Shown piece by piece: positions 36,340 to 45,736 of a DNA stretch of 64,000 nt; within the stretch, counting starts at the first letter, position 1; every line of letters starts with the position of its first letter. The notes beneath the pieces were generated by a model. The model did no database searches and had not been told where the DNA came from. It worked only from the letters and a program-made list of their open reading frames with translations. Origin of the DNA: an uncultured Lachnospiraceae bacterium (GTDB lineage Bacteria; Bacillota; Clostridia; Christensenellales; UBA1242). The stretch lies in contig CAZRJB010000007.1 in NCBI GenBank assembly GCA_964600435.1, positions 278-64,277 of the forward strand. Direction: 5' to 3'. Both the position numbers and the translations under genes were made by a program.

Positions 36340-39024
36340 TTAATAAAATTTGTTATATCTTTTTTTATACAAAACAACAATCACAACAACCAAAGCAGCA
36401 ACAGCCACCGAAACAGCAACAACAATAATTGTGGTTGTGTCAACACCAAACTCAAGTTCAACACTTTCGGAATTTGAAGTTACAACCGCAGGTGCTTCTT
36501 CATTTTCCATATATTTAACACAAATTTTGCAATCATTTGAAAAAGTATATTTTAGCGAGGTTCCATTTCCAATCATCTCAGAAAAATCTGAACTTATTGA
36601 ATCTTCAGTTTTAAACCAAAAAAACTTGCTTGAATCATAATATTGAGCATTGTCAACTTCAAAAGTGTAAGTTTTTTCGTTTACCGCCACCAAAGAAAAA
36701 CTAATTTGCATTGGCACACTATATTCAATTGAAACGCTTCTGCCCGCTGCCGATTCAACAACTTCTTGCCCATAAAAATCTCTTTTTACATCACAAGAAA
36801 TGGCAAAATTGCCCACATTTTGTGGTTTAAAAGCCCATTTTTGTGTGTTTGGGTCATTTGTTACTGTAACAGTTTCCACAACTTCGCCGTCCACTTTCCA
36901 ACAAAGCACAGAGCCAACTTTTGCATTTATTTCCCACATTATGTCCTTTGTTATTGGAGATAAACTTTGAGTTAGCAAGTTTTCAGTTGAACACTTTAAC
37001 TCAACCCATTTTGCATAAATTGTTAAATTTGTGTTCAGAACATCATTGTCGTTAAGTTCAGTTGCCGTTTGGGCATTTGAAGTAAACCATCCCAAAAATG
37101 GGTATCCATCTTTTTTAGGTTCAACAAGATTATATAATTCTTTAACCAAAGCCCCCTTATCCAATGTGTAAACACCACCATTTGGCAGGTTGTTTATTGT
37201 GATTTTAACAATCTCTTTCCACTTTGCATAAACGGTTATATCTTCTGTGACAACAATTGTTAACAAATCTACTTCTTCATCTTGGTTCTCTATGTACCAA
37301 TATTCAAAAACATAGCCTTCTTGTTTTACATTAATAACATCATTAAGGTTGTTTTGATTTAGCGATTGCCCTTTGTTCACCTTAAATGTTTTGCTGTTTT
37401 GCCCGTTAAGGTTTCCACCAGTAAAATCAAACTTAACAGAAAAAACATTTTGCTCCCACTTTGCATAAAGTGTTAAGTCTTCCGTTACCGTGTCTGTTTC
37501 AAAATTCCACTCGTTTCCAGCCGTGCATGCCTGGTCTTTAAACCAGCCAACCAATGCATTGCCTTCCTTTTCTGGTTGTGCCGATGTTGACAATGTAATT
37601 TTTTCGTTCTTTTCAACCAAAACAACAGATGATTGTTCTCCGTTAAGTGTTCCGCCATTAAAGTTTAACGTTACCGAAAAATGTGTTTGCTCCCACTTTG
37701 CATAAAGCGTTAAGTCTTCCGTTACCGTGTCTGTTTCAAAATTCCACTCGTTTCCAGCCGTGCATGCCTGGTCTTTAAACCAGCCAACCAATTCATATTT
37801 TGTTCTTGAAATGTTTGGATTGTCAACTGTTTCGCCATCTTGCACTTCTGCCGTTTGGTTTGCAATGTCGCAGTTTGTGTTAAAAGTTACAACAAATTTC
37901 TCAACATCACTTAAACCCAAATTGTTGTGTGCATTAAAAATTAAGCCATGCCCAGCATATGTTGGATGAGGGTCAAAACAAGCATAAACATCATCTTCAG
38001 ACAAATCCAACCTTACACTTAATTCATTTAAACAAACATTAACATTTTCCAAATACTGCTCTTTGTTTGTTTCATCATATTTCTCGTCAAAAAGTGACTT
38101 GGTATTCACATAACAAAGTTTGCCATTTTTGCTTTCCGTGATTGCATTTTCAATCACATTGTTTATTCCAACAAAGTCATTTCCAGAAGAATCTTTTCCG
38201 CCTGCAATTGCCAATTCGGCAACCTCAGAAACAACGTTCAAATTATCTTGAGTAAAGTTTGGATATTGGGTTTGAATAGCTAACAAAGTCCATGCTTGTG
38301 CTGTTAAAGCCTTATATGGATTATACACATTTGAAAAATATATTTTTGCGGTTGAATTAATATTGGTCAAGGTTGTTAAAAGTTCTTCAAACTCCGCCTT
38401 AAAACCTTTAATGTCATCACTTTTGTCACCAATTATTTGTTTTTTTAAAACGTTTTCCATGCTTGCCCTTGTTGTTTCTCCAGTGCTCAAAAAACCTTGC
38501 ATTAACGATATAGATTGAGACAAAATGTTGTTTGCTCCAATACACACAGAAATCACTTTTGCATTTTTCAAAGAATTTAAAACATCACCATTTTTTAAGG
38601 TTGTAAAAATCTCATTGCTGTCTTCTGCTTTTTCCAAATTGCAAAAACCAGTTCTTCCTTCTCCACCTTTTATAAAGTTAAGCAAATCTTGACAATCGTC
38701 TCCAGTAATTGAATAGTTATATGCGTCAACCGTGTAAGTTTTTTCAAGTTCGTCACGAATCTTGTCCACATAACTGCCCTCAATTGGAGCATAAGAATTT
38801 GTTTCGCCCTCTATAACATTTAAATGCCCAGTGTTTTGTTCACCATTAATAGATTTTTTAAAATTTATGTAATAGCCTTTAGAAATGCTATCTCCAAAAG
38901 CAACATAAGTTATGCTTTGTTTTGGTTGAGTTTCTGCATGAACAACAAAGCCTCCGCAAAAAAACATGCAACTTGCAACAAATGATAAAGTTAACATTAT
39001 TGATAAAAGAAATTTTTTAAACAT
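36340..39024 (-). CDS. Surface-anchored SGNH/GDSL hydrolase with InlB B-type repeats and C-terminal TM
   Basis: YVAFGDSISKG (block I), IGANN (block III), YNPY, DPHP (block V); four GWF...LYAKW-type repeats; TM followed by KKR. Confidence 0.88.
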   Translation of the reverse strand: MFKKFLLSIMLTLSFVASCMFFCGGFVVHAETQPKQSITYVAFGDSISKGYYINFKKSINGEQNTGHLNVIEGETNSYAPIEGSYVDKIRDELEKTYTVDAYNYSITGDDCQDLLNFIKGGEGRTGFCNLEKAEDSNEIFTTLKNGDVLNSLKNAKVISVCIGANNILSQSISLMQGFLSTGETTRASMENVLKKQIIGDKSDDIKGFKAEFEELLTTLTNINSTAKIYFSNVYNPYKALTAQAWTLLAIQTQYPNFTQDNLNVVSEVAELAIAGGKDSSGNDFVGINNVIENAITESKNGKLCYVNTKSLFDEKYDETNKEQYLENVNVCLNELSVRLDLSEDDVYACFDPHPTYAGHGLIFNAHNNLGLSDVEKFVVTFNTNCDIANQTAEVQDGETVDNPNISRTKYELVGWFKDQACTAGNEWNFETDTVTEDLTLYAKWEQTHFSVTLNFNGGTLNGEQSSVVLVEKNEKITLSTSAQPEKEGNALVGWFKDQACTAGNEWNFETDTVTEDLTLYAKWEQNVFSVKFDFTGGNLNGQNSKTFKVNKGQSLNQNNLNDVINVKQEGYVFEYWYIENQDEEVDLLTIVVTEDITVYAKWKEIVKITINNLPNGGVYTLDKGALVKELYNLVEPKKDGYPFLGWFTSNAQTATELNDNDVLNTNLTIYAKWVELKCSTENLLTQSLSPITKDIMWEINAKVGSVLCWKVDGEVVETVTVTNDPNTQKWAFKPQNVGNFAISCDVKRDFYGQEVVESAAGRSVSIEYSVPMQISFSLVAVNEKTYTFEVDNAQYYDSSKFFWFKTEDSISSDFSEMIGNGTSLKYTFSNDCKICVKYMENEEAPAVVTSNSESVELEFGVDTTTIIVVAVSVAVAALVVVIVVLYKKRYNKFY
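37449..37792. repeat. 107-bp near-identical direct repeat (37449-37555 and 37686-37792)
   Basis: One synonymous mismatch; both copies encode VGWFKDQACTAGNEWNFETDTVTEDLTLYAKWEQ. Confidence 0.95.
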
Positions 39025-39185
39025 AAAACTCCCCCATTTATTTAAAGTTTACCACATAAAACATCAAAATACCAAAAAAAATTACAATTTTAATAGATTA
39101 AAATTAATAAAATTATAAGAACCGAAAAAAAAGACAAAAACTGACAAAAAATTTAACCAATTTTCTGTATTTTCTTCAAAAATAT

Positions 39186-39213
39186 TTGAAAAAACAAAAA
39201 AAAATGATATTCT
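39186..39213 (+). promoter_or_regulatory. sigmaA promoter abutting the SDR start
   Basis: TTGAAA-16 bp-TATTCT with extended TG, 6 nt before ATG 39220. Confidence 0.6.
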
Positions 39214-39219
39214 ATGTAC

Positions 39220-40041
39220 ATGGATAACAATCAAGAAAAAACAAAAATAACTTTAATCACCGGAGCAACCGGCGGGCTTGGCACCGCATTTTGCAAAGAA
39301 TGTGCAATTCAAAACAAAAACATGCTAATTTGTGGAAGAAAAGAAAGCGCTTTAAACAATTTAAAATCTGAACTTTTGGAACTTAATCAAAATATTAAAA
39401 TTTATATTTTCGCATTTGACATGGCAAACAAACAACAAATTGATAATCTTATTGAATTTATAAATTTTAACAACCTGCAAGTTGACATGCTTATTAACAA
39501 TGCCGGGTATATTACAGAAGGTTCAATAAAGCATGCAAAAAAAGAAACATTAATGAATGCCATTCAGGTTAACTGCGAAGGCACAATATATTTAACAAAA
39601 TCAATTTTAGACAACAAACAAACTTTGTCCAAACTTAACATTATAACAATTTCCAGTTTGGCAAGTTGCTACCCAATGCCCTACATGGCAATTTATGCAT
39701 CAACAAAATCGCTTATAAAAAATTTTATGCTTGCCTTAAGGTTTGAATATAAAAAAGAAAACATTAAAGTTTTGGTTGTGCAACCGGGAGCAATTGCAAC
39801 CAGTCAAGAAATGAAAGATGCAATTTCTGCACAAGGTTTAAAAGGTAAACTTTCTGCTGTTAAACCAGAAGTCATTGCAAAAAAATCGCTAAAAAAATCA
39901 CTTAAAGGCAAAAGCAATTATGTCCCTGGGTTTTTCAACAAACTCACAAAATTTGTAAGTGCCTTAACCCCACTTTCTTTGCAAATTAAAGTTGCGGGAA
40001 AAATGTGGCAAAAATCACAAAAAATTAGAAAAATTAAATAA
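39220..40041 (+). CDS. Short-chain dehydrogenase/reductase
   Basis: TGATGGLG, NNAG, YASTK catalytic motif; start could also be 39214. Confidence 0.93.
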   Translation: MDNNQEKTKITLITGATGGLGTAFCKECAIQNKNMLICGRKESALNNLKSELLELNQNIKIYIFAFDMANKQQIDNLIEFINFNNLQVDMLINNAGYITEGSIKHAKKETLMNAIQVNCEGTIYLTKSILDNKQTLSKLNIITISSLASCYPMPYMAIYASTKSLIKNFMLALRFEYKKENIKVLVVQPGAIATSQEMKDAISAQGLKGKLSAVKPEVIAKKSLKKSLKGKSNYVPGFFNKLTKFVSALTPLSLQIKVAGKMWQKSQKIRKIK

Positions 40042-40118
40042 AACACGTTATAAAAAAATTGTTCCGTTAACACATTGTTGTTAAAAAAAAGCAAACACAT
40101 TTAACTTGTGCTTACCTC

Positions 40119-40155
40119 AGACTGAAGCAATAAAAACAACTTCAGTCTTTTTTTT
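40119..40155 (+). terminator. Intrinsic terminator
   Basis: AGACTGAAG-loop-CTTCAGTCT followed by a T run. Confidence 0.75.
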
Positions 40156-40261
40156 GCCGTTTTTTTATTATCACAACAGTTTAGCATTTTTGCAAAAATT
40201 AAACAATTTTTATTAATTTTTTAACATTTTTTTTATTAATTTTTGCTTAATTTATTAAATT

Positions 40262-40975
40262 TTACTCTAAAATGTCTTCTACTTCTTTTTCAGATTTTTT
40301 TAATTTTTTAATATGAAAAGATTTCAAAAAGTTTTTGTCACATTTTGTTCCAACAAACACAACAGCAACTCCAACAATCGAACCTAAAAAATCCATAATC
40401 AAATCAATCATTGTGTCTAAAACTGCTTGTTGCCCCACAAGAGCAATGCCAGAATATGTTTGATATCTTTGAAAACTCGTGTCAAAAATTAAATCACAAG
40501 CAAACTCAAGCATTTCCCATAAAGCACCAATTGCCAGCGTAAAACAAATCATAAATATAAACGTAAAAAGCAAGTTGTGTCTGTTTTTATCTTTTCTGTA
40601 AATGGTTAAATTTAAAACATAAACCCCCAAAAGCGACACGCCCACACCCATTAAAAGATGAACAATAACATCCCAAACTTCATATAAACTATAAAACCTT
40701 AAACCAACACCCAAAAAGCCAGCCAAAAACATGTATATATAATATGATATACCAACCACTCTAGAAAAAGATATTTTGAACAACTTTTTAATAATGTAAG
40801 GAACACAAATTAAAAGCAACAAAGAAATTCTGTAAAGCAAGTCTTTTAAAGGAATATCTCCACCGGCAAAGTCAATTATTCCCAAAATTAAAGAAACCAA
40901 AAAGCAAATAAACACAGAATAAAAAATTGCCAAATTAATAATGTCCCAAAAATGATATTTATTTTTTTCTTTCAT
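40262..40975 (-). CDS. Multi-pass membrane protein (DUF2238/YjdF-like)
   Basis: WDVIVH...GALWEMLEFACD...DTMIDLIMD conserved polar motifs; AGGTG RBS before ATG 40975. Confidence 0.75.
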   Translation of the reverse strand: MKEKNKYHFWDIINLAIFYSVFICFLVSLILGIIDFAGGDIPLKDLLYRISLLLLICVPYIIKKLFKISFSRVVGISYYIYMFLAGFLGVGLRFYSLYEVWDVIVHLLMGVGVSLLGVYVLNLTIYRKDKNRHNLLFTFIFMICFTLAIGALWEMLEFACDLIFDTSFQRYQTYSGIALVGQQAVLDTMIDLIMDFLGSIVGVAVVFVGTKCDKNFLKSFHIKKLKKSEKEVEDILE

Positions 40976-41137
40976 ATTTTCACCTACATCAAATAACACA
41001 ATAAGAATATCACAAACAGGAAGATAAACACAAATAAAAAATGGCATAAAAAGCACTATTTTATCGTGTTTTCCACAAATTTTTACATTTTTTAACAAAT
41101 TTTAACATGTTTATGCGTTTTGGAATAAAATGTTAAA

Positions 41138-41680
41138 ATGCAAAACTTTAATGTTCTATCCATAAATAAATATAACAGAATTAAAGCGGTAACCTATGCT
41201 CTTGAATTTGCATTAAAAAGAAACAGCATTTTTCACGACTTTTCAAACGAAGGCGGAAATTGCACAAACTATGTTTCGCAATGCATTTTTGCCGGAGCCC
41301 CAATTATGAACTATTCTAAAAATGCTTGGTTTTATAGTTCGGCATACAACACTTCTCTTTCTTGGATTAGTGTTGAACCACTTGGTAATTTTTTAACAAC
41401 CAACAAAGGAGTTGGCCCATTTGGCACCGAAGGCACCTTTAACACTTGCGAGATTGGCGACATTATTCAGCTAAAATTTAAAAACAAATTTCAATTTTCT
41501 CATAGCATGATAATTTCAAAAATTCAAGAAAGAACACCAAAAGGCATTTTTGTTTGTGCAAATTCTAAAGATGTTAAGCAAGCACCGCTAAGCACATATT
41601 CGTATAAAATGTTAAAATTATACATATTTTGGGCTATAGAGAGCCAAAATAGTTGCAAAAGCAGGCAAAAAATTGTATAA
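41138..41680 (+). CDS. Putative amidase-domain protein (Amidase_6-like), apparent frameshift near the 3' end
   Basis: AVTYA...GGNCTNYVSQC.FAG, GDIIQL, HSMII; family-like tail NVKIIHILGYR lies in the -1 frame ending at TAG 41652. Confidence 0.8.
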   Translation: MQNFNVLSINKYNRIKAVTYALEFALKRNSIFHDFSNEGGNCTNYVSQCIFAGAPIMNYSKNAWFYSSAYNTSLSWISVEPLGNFLTTNKGVGPFGTEGTFNTCEIGDIIQLKFKNKFQFSHSMIISKIQERTPKGIFVCANSKDVKQAPLSTYSYKMLKLYIFWAIESQNSCKSRQKIV

Positions 41681-41681
41681 T
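41653..41681 (+). promoter_or_regulatory. sigmaA promoter
   Basis: TTGCAA-17 bp-TATAAT. Confidence 0.7.
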
Positions 41682-41701
41682 TTTACAAAAAGGAGTAACA
41701 A

Positions 41702-42028
41702 ATGAGACAAACAACCGGCGGGCAAATAGATGCACTTGCAATTTCAGGAGAACTTTCCGTTCCTTTGGTAATTTTAAAAAATGAAAACAAAAACGTAACA
41801 CATTACATTGGTTTTATTCCCGGAATTTTAATGAAAAACATTTCTGCTGAAACTTTAGAAGATTGCAAAACAAAACTCAAAAACTTTCTAGTTTCAAAAC
41901 TTAAAGACATGGTAAAAGCCAACGAACCCTTTCCATTTTTTCCAGACAAGGAAGAAATCAATAAAGAATATGACAACATAGAACTTTTGGAGTTTGTTAA
42001 AATAAAATCTCAAAACAGAAAAAACTAA
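41702..42028 (+). CDS. Hypothetical protein, HicB-like N-terminal fold
   Basis: YIGFIPG...AETLEDCKTKLK...EPFP resembles the HicB pattern; AAGGAG RBS. Confidence 0.55.
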   Translation: MRQTTGGQIDALAISGELSVPLVILKNENKNVTHYIGFIPGILMKNISAETLEDCKTKLKNFLVSKLKDMVKANEPFPFFPDKEEINKEYDNIELLEFVKIKSQNRKN

Positions 42029-42031
42029 TTT

Positions 42032-42071
42032 AAAAAAATTCCACAAAAACCACATTTTGTTGGAATTTTTT
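42032..42071. terminator. Bidirectional terminator
   Basis: AAAAAATTCCACAAAA...TTTTGTTGGAATTTTTT. Confidence 0.65.
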
Positions 42072-42111
42072 AATAATTTCTAAATTGTTTGCTTAATTTG
42101 TGAACAATTTT

Positions 42112-42990
42112 TTATTTTTTTAAACATATTTTTAACAATTGCTCAAACACATCAACATTTGTTGTTTTATAGAAATTTCCAATGTTTGCCGTTGTACTAA
42201 CTTCAAACACAAGCGAACCCGTAACACCTTTTAGCATGTCAACAACAGCATAGTCGCACCCCAATGCCTTTGCGGCATCAATAGCATATTTATTTTCTAT
42301 GATTGTTGGAGTGTAAGGCGACAACTTTCCACCCAAAGATTCATTTGCTCTAAAATTGCCAGATGCACTTTCACGCCTGATTGCAGAAACAACCTTGTCT
42401 TTTATAACAAACAAACGTATGTCTGTTCCAGATGCTTCGGCAATGTATTCTTGCAAAATTATGTTATGTCCATTAAATTTGTCAATCACAGCATAAACAT
42501 CTTCTTTTTTGTTAACAAGAAAAACACCTTCAACGGTTGATTTGTTCCATTTTTTTATGATTATTGGCAAAGACAGCTCTCTAAGTGCTTCTTCAACAAA
42601 TTGTTGAATGCCTTCTCGCTTATAACTATTTTGCTCCGGCAGTATAAAACTTCTTGGAATGCTTATGTGATTTGCCACCAATTGTTGATATAAAAATGCC
42701 TTGTCTTCACACATCAAAAAAGATTTGCTGTTGTTAACAACTTTCATGCCCAACATTTCAAGACTTTTTGCCAAATATATATCACGGTCAAAAAACAAAC
42801 AGCAATCGTAATTTAAGTTTGTACCAAAAGATTTTACAGAATTTGTATTTAAAAAAGTGTAGATTTCTGAATTGCTTTTAAATGTTATTGAAACATTGCG
42901 TTTTTTTGCCAATTCAATCAAATGTGCATTTTTTTCTTTAAACACTTCGTCTGGAATGCTTTCGTTAAAAACAACCAAAAGATTTTTCAT
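42112..42990 (-). CDS. RimK/LysX-family ATP-grasp protein
   Basis: CEDK, LQEYI...DIRLFV, FRAN.SLGG, GCDYAVVDML; AGGAGA RBS before ATG 42990. Confidence 0.85.
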   Translation of the reverse strand: MKNLLVVFNESIPDEVFKEKNAHLIELAKKRNVSITFKSNSEIYTFLNTNSVKSFGTNLNYDCCLFFDRDIYLAKSLEMLGMKVVNNSKSFLMCEDKAFLYQQLVANHISIPRSFILPEQNSYKREGIQQFVEEALRELSLPIIIKKWNKSTVEGVFLVNKKEDVYAVIDKFNGHNIILQEYIAEASGTDIRLFVIKDKVVSAIRRESASGNFRANESLGGKLSPYTPTIIENKYAIDAAKALGCDYAVVDMLKGVTGSLVFEVSTTANIGNFYKTTNVDVFEQLLKICLKK

Positions 42991-43272
42991 GATTTTTCTC
43001 CTATAATCAGAAACCAACATCCACATGCAATTTCTGAATTAAATTTTTCTGATAAGTTTATTCTACCACATTTTAAACAAATTTGTAAACACTTGAGGTA
43101 AAGAAAAATTGCAAGTTAAATTTTAGGATGCCAACCTTAACACCATTAAAAATTGTGGCAACGTGGTTTTGTTTTACTTGCCGCCAACTTGATATAAAAT
43201 GCAAAATTGTTATGTTTTTCTTAAAAAATAGAGCAAAAATTCAATTTTTTGCCCTATTTTTTACTATTTTTT

Positions 43273-43887
43273 TTAATTTTGTTGAATTGGAACCATATAG
43301 TAGCCTTGGTCATAGCCACACATTGGACAATTTTTTGGAACCTCTTTTGTTTCCAATTCTGTGCCACAATTTGAACACTTCCACTTGAAAATTTTTGACA
43401 TTTTATACATTTTGCCTGAATTCATTTTTTCATATAGTTCATTTAAAAGCAAATAGTGACAATGCTCCACTTGAACAACAAAATGAAAACTTTCGGCAAC
43501 ATCTTTAAACCCTTCTTCCAATGCAGTTTTTTCAAATACCTTATAAACTTCTTCGTTTTCGTGAAGCTCCACCAAACCTTCTTGCTTTAACGACTTTGGC
43601 AAACAATAGTTGCCAAAAGGAAAACCGGCATTAATTTCAATGTTTTTATAGCCTTCGTTTTTACAGTCTGCGGCTGTTCCTTTTTTGCCTTGATTTAAAA
43701 TGTAATCGTAAAACACTCTGGCATGAGCCATCTCATTTTTTGCAAGTGTTTTTAACGTGTTTGAAATAAATCCAAACCCCTTTGCCTTTGCATCCTTTGC
43801 CATAAATTGATATCGTGCTCCACCTGTGCATTCGGCAACAAATGCACGTGATAAGTTTTCTTTTGTTTTGCTTTTATCAAAATTCAT
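43273..43887 (-). CDS. rbr: Rubrerythrin
   Basis: TKENLSRAFVAE...ARY, NEMAHA, VEHCH diiron motifs and C-terminal WKCSNCG...CPMCG. Confidence 0.9.
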   Translation of the reverse strand: MNFDKSKTKENLSRAFVAECTGGARYQFMAKDAKAKGFGFISNTLKTLAKNEMAHARVFYDYILNQGKKGTAADCKNEGYKNIEINAGFPFGNYCLPKSLKQEGLVELHENEEVYKVFEKTALEEGFKDVAESFHFVVQVEHCHYLLLNELYEKMNSGKMYKMSKIFKWKCSNCGTELETKEVPKNCPMCGYDQGYYMVPIQQN

Positions 43888-43990
43888 AACCACTCCTTTT
43901 GCAATAAAATTTTTGACAAAAATAAAAAAAATAACCAAAAACAGCAAATAATCACCATTTTGGGTTAATTTTTATATATTTTTTTGCAAT

Positions 43991-44602
43991 TTACAATAAT
44001 ATTTCAAGTTTTTTCTTTGTTCTTGTTATGGCATTATCAACTGCTTTAACACTTTCTTTTAGTTTTTCTGCAATTTGCGAATAGGTTAAACCATTTAAAT
44101 ATAAAACCAAAACTCTTTTTTCTTTAACAGACAATCGCTCGTTTATAACCTTGTTCATTTCCGCTTTTTGTTCTTCTGCTAAAACCGCATTTTCTGGGTC
44201 CAAAACATCAGAGGGAATATATAAATTTATTGGCTCTTCGTCGTCTTTGTTTTTTAAAAAAATTGAGCCTTGACTAGATAAAGACAAACTTTCGTTAAGC
44301 ATTTTGTTTTTTATTCTGTTAGCCTTTTTAACCGCTGTTTGAACCGCTCTTGTTATGCAAAGTGTGGCAAAAGATTTAAAACTTGCAGTGCTTTCTACAT
44401 AATTTCTGCAGGCACTATAAAGCCCTAGCATTGCCTCTTGAACAATGTCTTCTGTTTCGGCGCCAACCAAAAAATAACTTCTTGCAATTTTGCTTGCCAA
44501 AAATTTATATTTATCAAGCAAAAAATCCAGCGCATTTTCGTCACCCTGCCTGTATAGTTCAATAATTTTTTCGTCTGAAAGATTACCGTATTTTTGATTC
44601 AC
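43991..44602 (-). CDS. sigH: RNA polymerase sigma-H factor
   Basis: ARSYFLVGAETEDIVQEAMLGL, FATLCITR, KAVDNAITR; follows rlmB. Confidence 0.92.
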   Translation of the reverse strand: MNQKYGNLSDEKIIELYRQGDENALDFLLDKYKFLASKIARSYFLVGAETEDIVQEAMLGLYSACRNYVESTASFKSFATLCITRAVQTAVKKANRIKNKMLNESLSLSSQGSIFLKNKDDEEPINLYIPSDVLDPENAVLAEEQKAEMNKVINERLSVKEKRVLVLYLNGLTYSQIAEKLKESVKAVDNAITRTKKKLEILL

Positions 44603-44607
44603 AAAAA

Positions 44608-45327
44608 CTAGCCCCTTTGCCTAACAATTTCATAAACCATAATTGCAGTTGCCACACTTGCATTTAAACTGTTGATTTTTCCGTTAAGTTTTATAGAAAC
44701 AGTATCGTCACAAATTTCTCTTGTTAACTTGCTAACACCTTTTCCTTCACTGCCAACAACAACAGCAATTGAACCTTTTAAGTTTGTTTGAGTCATTTCT
44801 TTCCCGCCGGTTTCTAAGCAATACACCCAAACATTTTCCTTTTTTAAAATTTCAATACATCTGTTTAGGTTGTTAACTCTTGCAATAATCATGTTTGCAG
44901 TTGCCCCTGCGCTTGTTTTAACAACAGTATCGTTAACTGCACATGCTCTATGTTCTGGAATAATTATACCATGAACACCAGCACATTCACAAGTTCTGAT
45001 TATTGCTCCAAAGTTGTGAGGGTCTTCAACTCCGTCCAAAACAACAATAAACGGCTCTTGCCCAAGTTGCTTTGCTTTTGCAAAAATGTCTTCAACTTCG
45101 CCATATTTAAAATCAGTAACGTCACAAACAAAACCTTGATGTCTGTTTTTGGTTTTTTTATCTAAAACATCTTTAGATACAAAATCTATTCTAACCCCCT
45201 TGTCTTTTGCAAGCTTTATAATTTGATTGCTTGCATTATCCGACAAATTGTTTTGAACCATCAATTTGTTTATTGTTGTGTCGCTTTTTAATGCTTCCAA
45301 AACCGCATTTTTACCTTCAATTATCAT
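44608..45327 (-). CDS. rlmB: 23S rRNA Gm2251 methyltransferase
   Basis: EGKNAVLEAL, LDGVEDPHNFGAIIRT, GSEGKG, SLNASVA. Confidence 0.95.
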   Translation of the reverse strand: MIIEGKNAVLEALKSDTTINKLMVQNNLSDNASNQIIKLAKDKGVRIDFVSKDVLDKKTKNRHQGFVCDVTDFKYGEVEDIFAKAKQLGQEPFIVVLDGVEDPHNFGAIIRTCECAGVHGIIIPEHRACAVNDTVVKTSAGATANMIIARVNNLNRCIEILKKENVWVYCLETGGKEMTQTNLKGSIAVVVGSEGKGVSKLTREICDDTVSIKLNGKINSLNASVATAIMVYEIVRQRG

Positions 45328-45337
45328 GTTAACCCCT

Positions 45338-45736
45338 TTATATTTTTAAAATTTTATCAAGTCTTGAAAAGTCACCTTTAAGATATAAATACCCAACCAA
45401 CGCTTCAAAACTTGTTGCTTTTTTGTATGTTTCAACATCACTATTTTTTGCAATGTTGTGAGTTTTTGCATTTCTTGCCCTGCGAACAATGTCAAGTTCT
45501 TCTTCATTTAAAACTGGCAAAAGTTGATCAAGTTTTTTTGCTTGGCTTTTTGCATTGCAAAATTTGGCACTGTTAACATGGCATCTGTTAACAAGAAGAT
45601 TGCTGTTTTTAACAACAAAATCTCTTACAAAAAGAGTGTGAACCCCATCACCAATAAACGCCAAAACAATTGGATTTATTTCTTTAAACGACTCTTGCCC
45701 CAGTGGCGAACAAAAAATATTTTCTAAATTTGTCAT
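45338..45736 (-). CDS. mrnC: Mini-ribonuclease III
   Basis: LAFIGDGV, RRARNAK, YKKATSFEALVGYLYL. Confidence 0.93.
   Translation of the reverse strand: MTNLENIFCSPLGQESFKEINPIVLAFIGDGVHTLFVRDFVVKNSNLLVNRCHVNSAKFCNAKSQAKKLDQLLPVLNEEELDIVRRARNAKTHNIAKNSDVETYKKATSFEALVGYLYLKGDFSRLDKILKI

Noticed and set aside
37449-37792. DGR template/variable repeat pair
   Set aside because: Both copies are in-frame coding with one synonymous difference; no reverse transcriptase is in the window.
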